Assembly (NCBI GenBank): GCA_964604485.1
Contig: CAZRZH010000001.1
Span: 1 to 41,755, forward strand
Direction: 5' to 3'
Source of the DNA: an uncultured Sideroxydans sp.
Lineage (GTDB): Bacteria; Pseudomonadota; Gammaproteobacteria; Burkholderiales; Gallionellaceae
Length of the DNA: 41,755 bases
Shown: positions 40,308 to 41,755 of the stretch, in pieces
Layout of the letters: each line of letters starts with the position of its first letter
Numbering within the stretch: position 1 is the first letter of the stretch
The notes under the pieces: generated by a model
Told to the model about the DNA's origin: nothing
The model's input: the letters and a program-made list of their open reading frames with translations, nothing else
Database searches by the model: none
Translations under genes and position numbers: made by a program

Positions 40308-41525
40308 ATGCCGGTCAATCTTGAATCGCCCGTAGCGGCACAACTGTTGCCCGTTGCGGGCGTTTTTTTGGGTACAGCGGAAGCGGGTATCAAGCGCGCC
40401 AACCGCAAGGACGTGCTGGTCATCAAACTGGAAGAGGGCGCGACCGTTGCCGGGGTGTTCACCACTAACCGCTTCTGCGCCGCGCCCGTCACCGTCGCGC
40501 TTGAACATCTGGCCGCGAACAAAGGCATCCGCGCGCTGCTGGTCAACACCGGCAACGCCAACGCCGGAACCGGCGAACAGGGCATGGCTGCCGCGCGCAC
40601 TACCTGTGCTGCAATGGCAAAATTGCTGGGCTGTGCGCCGGAGCAAGTGCTTCCCTATTCCACCGGCGTCATCATGGAGCCATTGCCCGTTGAAAAAATT
40701 GTCACCGGCCTGCCGCAAGCCGTCGCCAACCTGAAAGCTGACAACTGGTTCGACGCGTCGCAAGCCATCATGACCACCGACATCGTTGCCAAGGCCGTGT
40801 CGCGTCAAATCCAGATCGGCGGCAAGACGGTCACCGTCACCGGCATGTCCAAAGGCTCCGGCATGATCCATCCCAATATGGCCACCATGCTGGGCTATAT
40901 CGCCACTGACGCGGCCATCACTCAACCGCTGTTACAACTCATGGTGCGCGACGCAGCCGACCGTTCGTTCAACTGCATCACCGTGGATGGCGACACCTCC
41001 ACCAACGATGCGCTGATGCTCATTGCCACCGGCAAGAGCGGCGTTGCCATCAACGATGCGAACCGCACGCAGATGCAAACCGTCATCACCGAAGTCGCTA
41101 CCGTGCTGGCGCAAGCCATCGTGCGCGACGGCGAAGGCGCGACCAAATTCATCACCATTCAAGTGCAAGGTGGCCGCGACGAAACCGAGTGCAAAAAGAT
41201 CGGTTATGCCATCGCCCACTCGCCCTTGGTCAAGACCGCCTTCTTCGCTTCCGATCCCAACCTCGGTCGCATCCTTGCCGCCATCGGTTATGCCGGTGTG
41301 AGCGACCTCGATGTCGAGAAGTTAAAACTGTATCTCGATGACGTGCTGGTGGCCGAACACGGCGGACGCGCGACGAGTTATCAGGAAGAAGACGGTGCGC
41401 GTGTGATGAAGCAAAGCGATATCACCATCCGCGTGGTGCTGAATCGCGGTGCGGTGAATGCCACCTTGTGGACTTGCGACTTCTCTTACGACTACGTGAA
41501 GATCAACGCGAGCTATCGAAGCTGA
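40308..41525 (+). CDS. argJ: Bifunctional ornithine acetyltransferase/N-acetylglutamate synthase
   Basis: [27 protein letters not shown] (autocleavage Thr), [15 protein letters not shown]. Confidence 0.97.
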   Translation: MPVNLESPVAAQLLPVAGVFLGTAEAGIKRANRKDVLVIKLEEGATVAGVFTTNRFCAAPVTVALEHLAANKGIRALLVNTGNANAGTGEQGMAAARTTCAAMAKLLGCAPEQVLPYSTGVIMEPLPVEKIVTGLPQAVANLKADNWFDASQAIMTTDIVAKAVSRQIQIGGKTVTVTGMSKGSGMIHPNMATMLGYIATDAAITQPLLQLMVRDAADRSFNCITVDGDTSTNDALMLIATGKSGVAINDANRTQMQTVITEVATVLAQAIVRDGEGATKFITIQVQGGRDETECKKIGYAIAHSPLVKTAFFASDPNLGRILAAIGYAGVSDLDVEKLKLYLDDVLVAEHGGRATSYQEEDGARVMKQSDITIRVVLNRGAVNATLWTCDFSYDYVKINASYRS

Positions 41526-41755
41526 TCAAAAAATTCGAACTTCGGCTTGCGGCCACGAGCAGCCTGTCATCATGTTCCCGTATTATTAATGCATATGAGG
41601 AATAGTAAATTTGGTGGACTTCAGTGAATCAATTAGTTATCGAAAATTTAAATTCCACACTATTATCAATAGCACGGACCGGTGGGTCCGTCTAAAAACT
41701 GTTGAACTAAACCGCTATCGCGGTGGCGCACTGATCCCACCGCTTCATCTCCAAT

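Overview
Mostly core chromosome of a betaproteobacterium (protein and gene-order style suggests Nitrosomonadales/Gallionellaceae; this is inference). In order: an AT-rich accessory edge with two orphan ORFs next to the 3' end of tRNA-Ala(CGC); rpiA-phoU-ppx; RNase P RNA; a UbiH-family hydroxylase-dsbC-DUF2867 operon; dusB-fis-purH with a DUF4258-like/DUF2283 toxin-antitoxin-like pair and a REP doublet inserted before purD; tsaC, hemF; a CheZ-like orphan; a three-lipoprotein CsgG/DUF4810/DUF799 operon; the full dcw cluster (mraZ to ftsZ) and lpxC; dciA, an M23 peptidase, secA, a stand-alone cNMP-binding protein and argJ. The most unusual signal is in the dcw operon. Each of the three large spacers between mraZ and ftsA holds a palindromic insertion spanned by an unannotated 30-45 codon mini-ORF. 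Each has its own Shine-Dalgarno, starts overlapping the upstream stop and stops overlapping the downstream start. A fourth, degenerate repeat has been absorbed into the ddl C-terminus and supplies the ftsQ RBS. These may be translational-coupling relays across repeat insertions. All family calls come from motif recognition and synteny; no searches were run.
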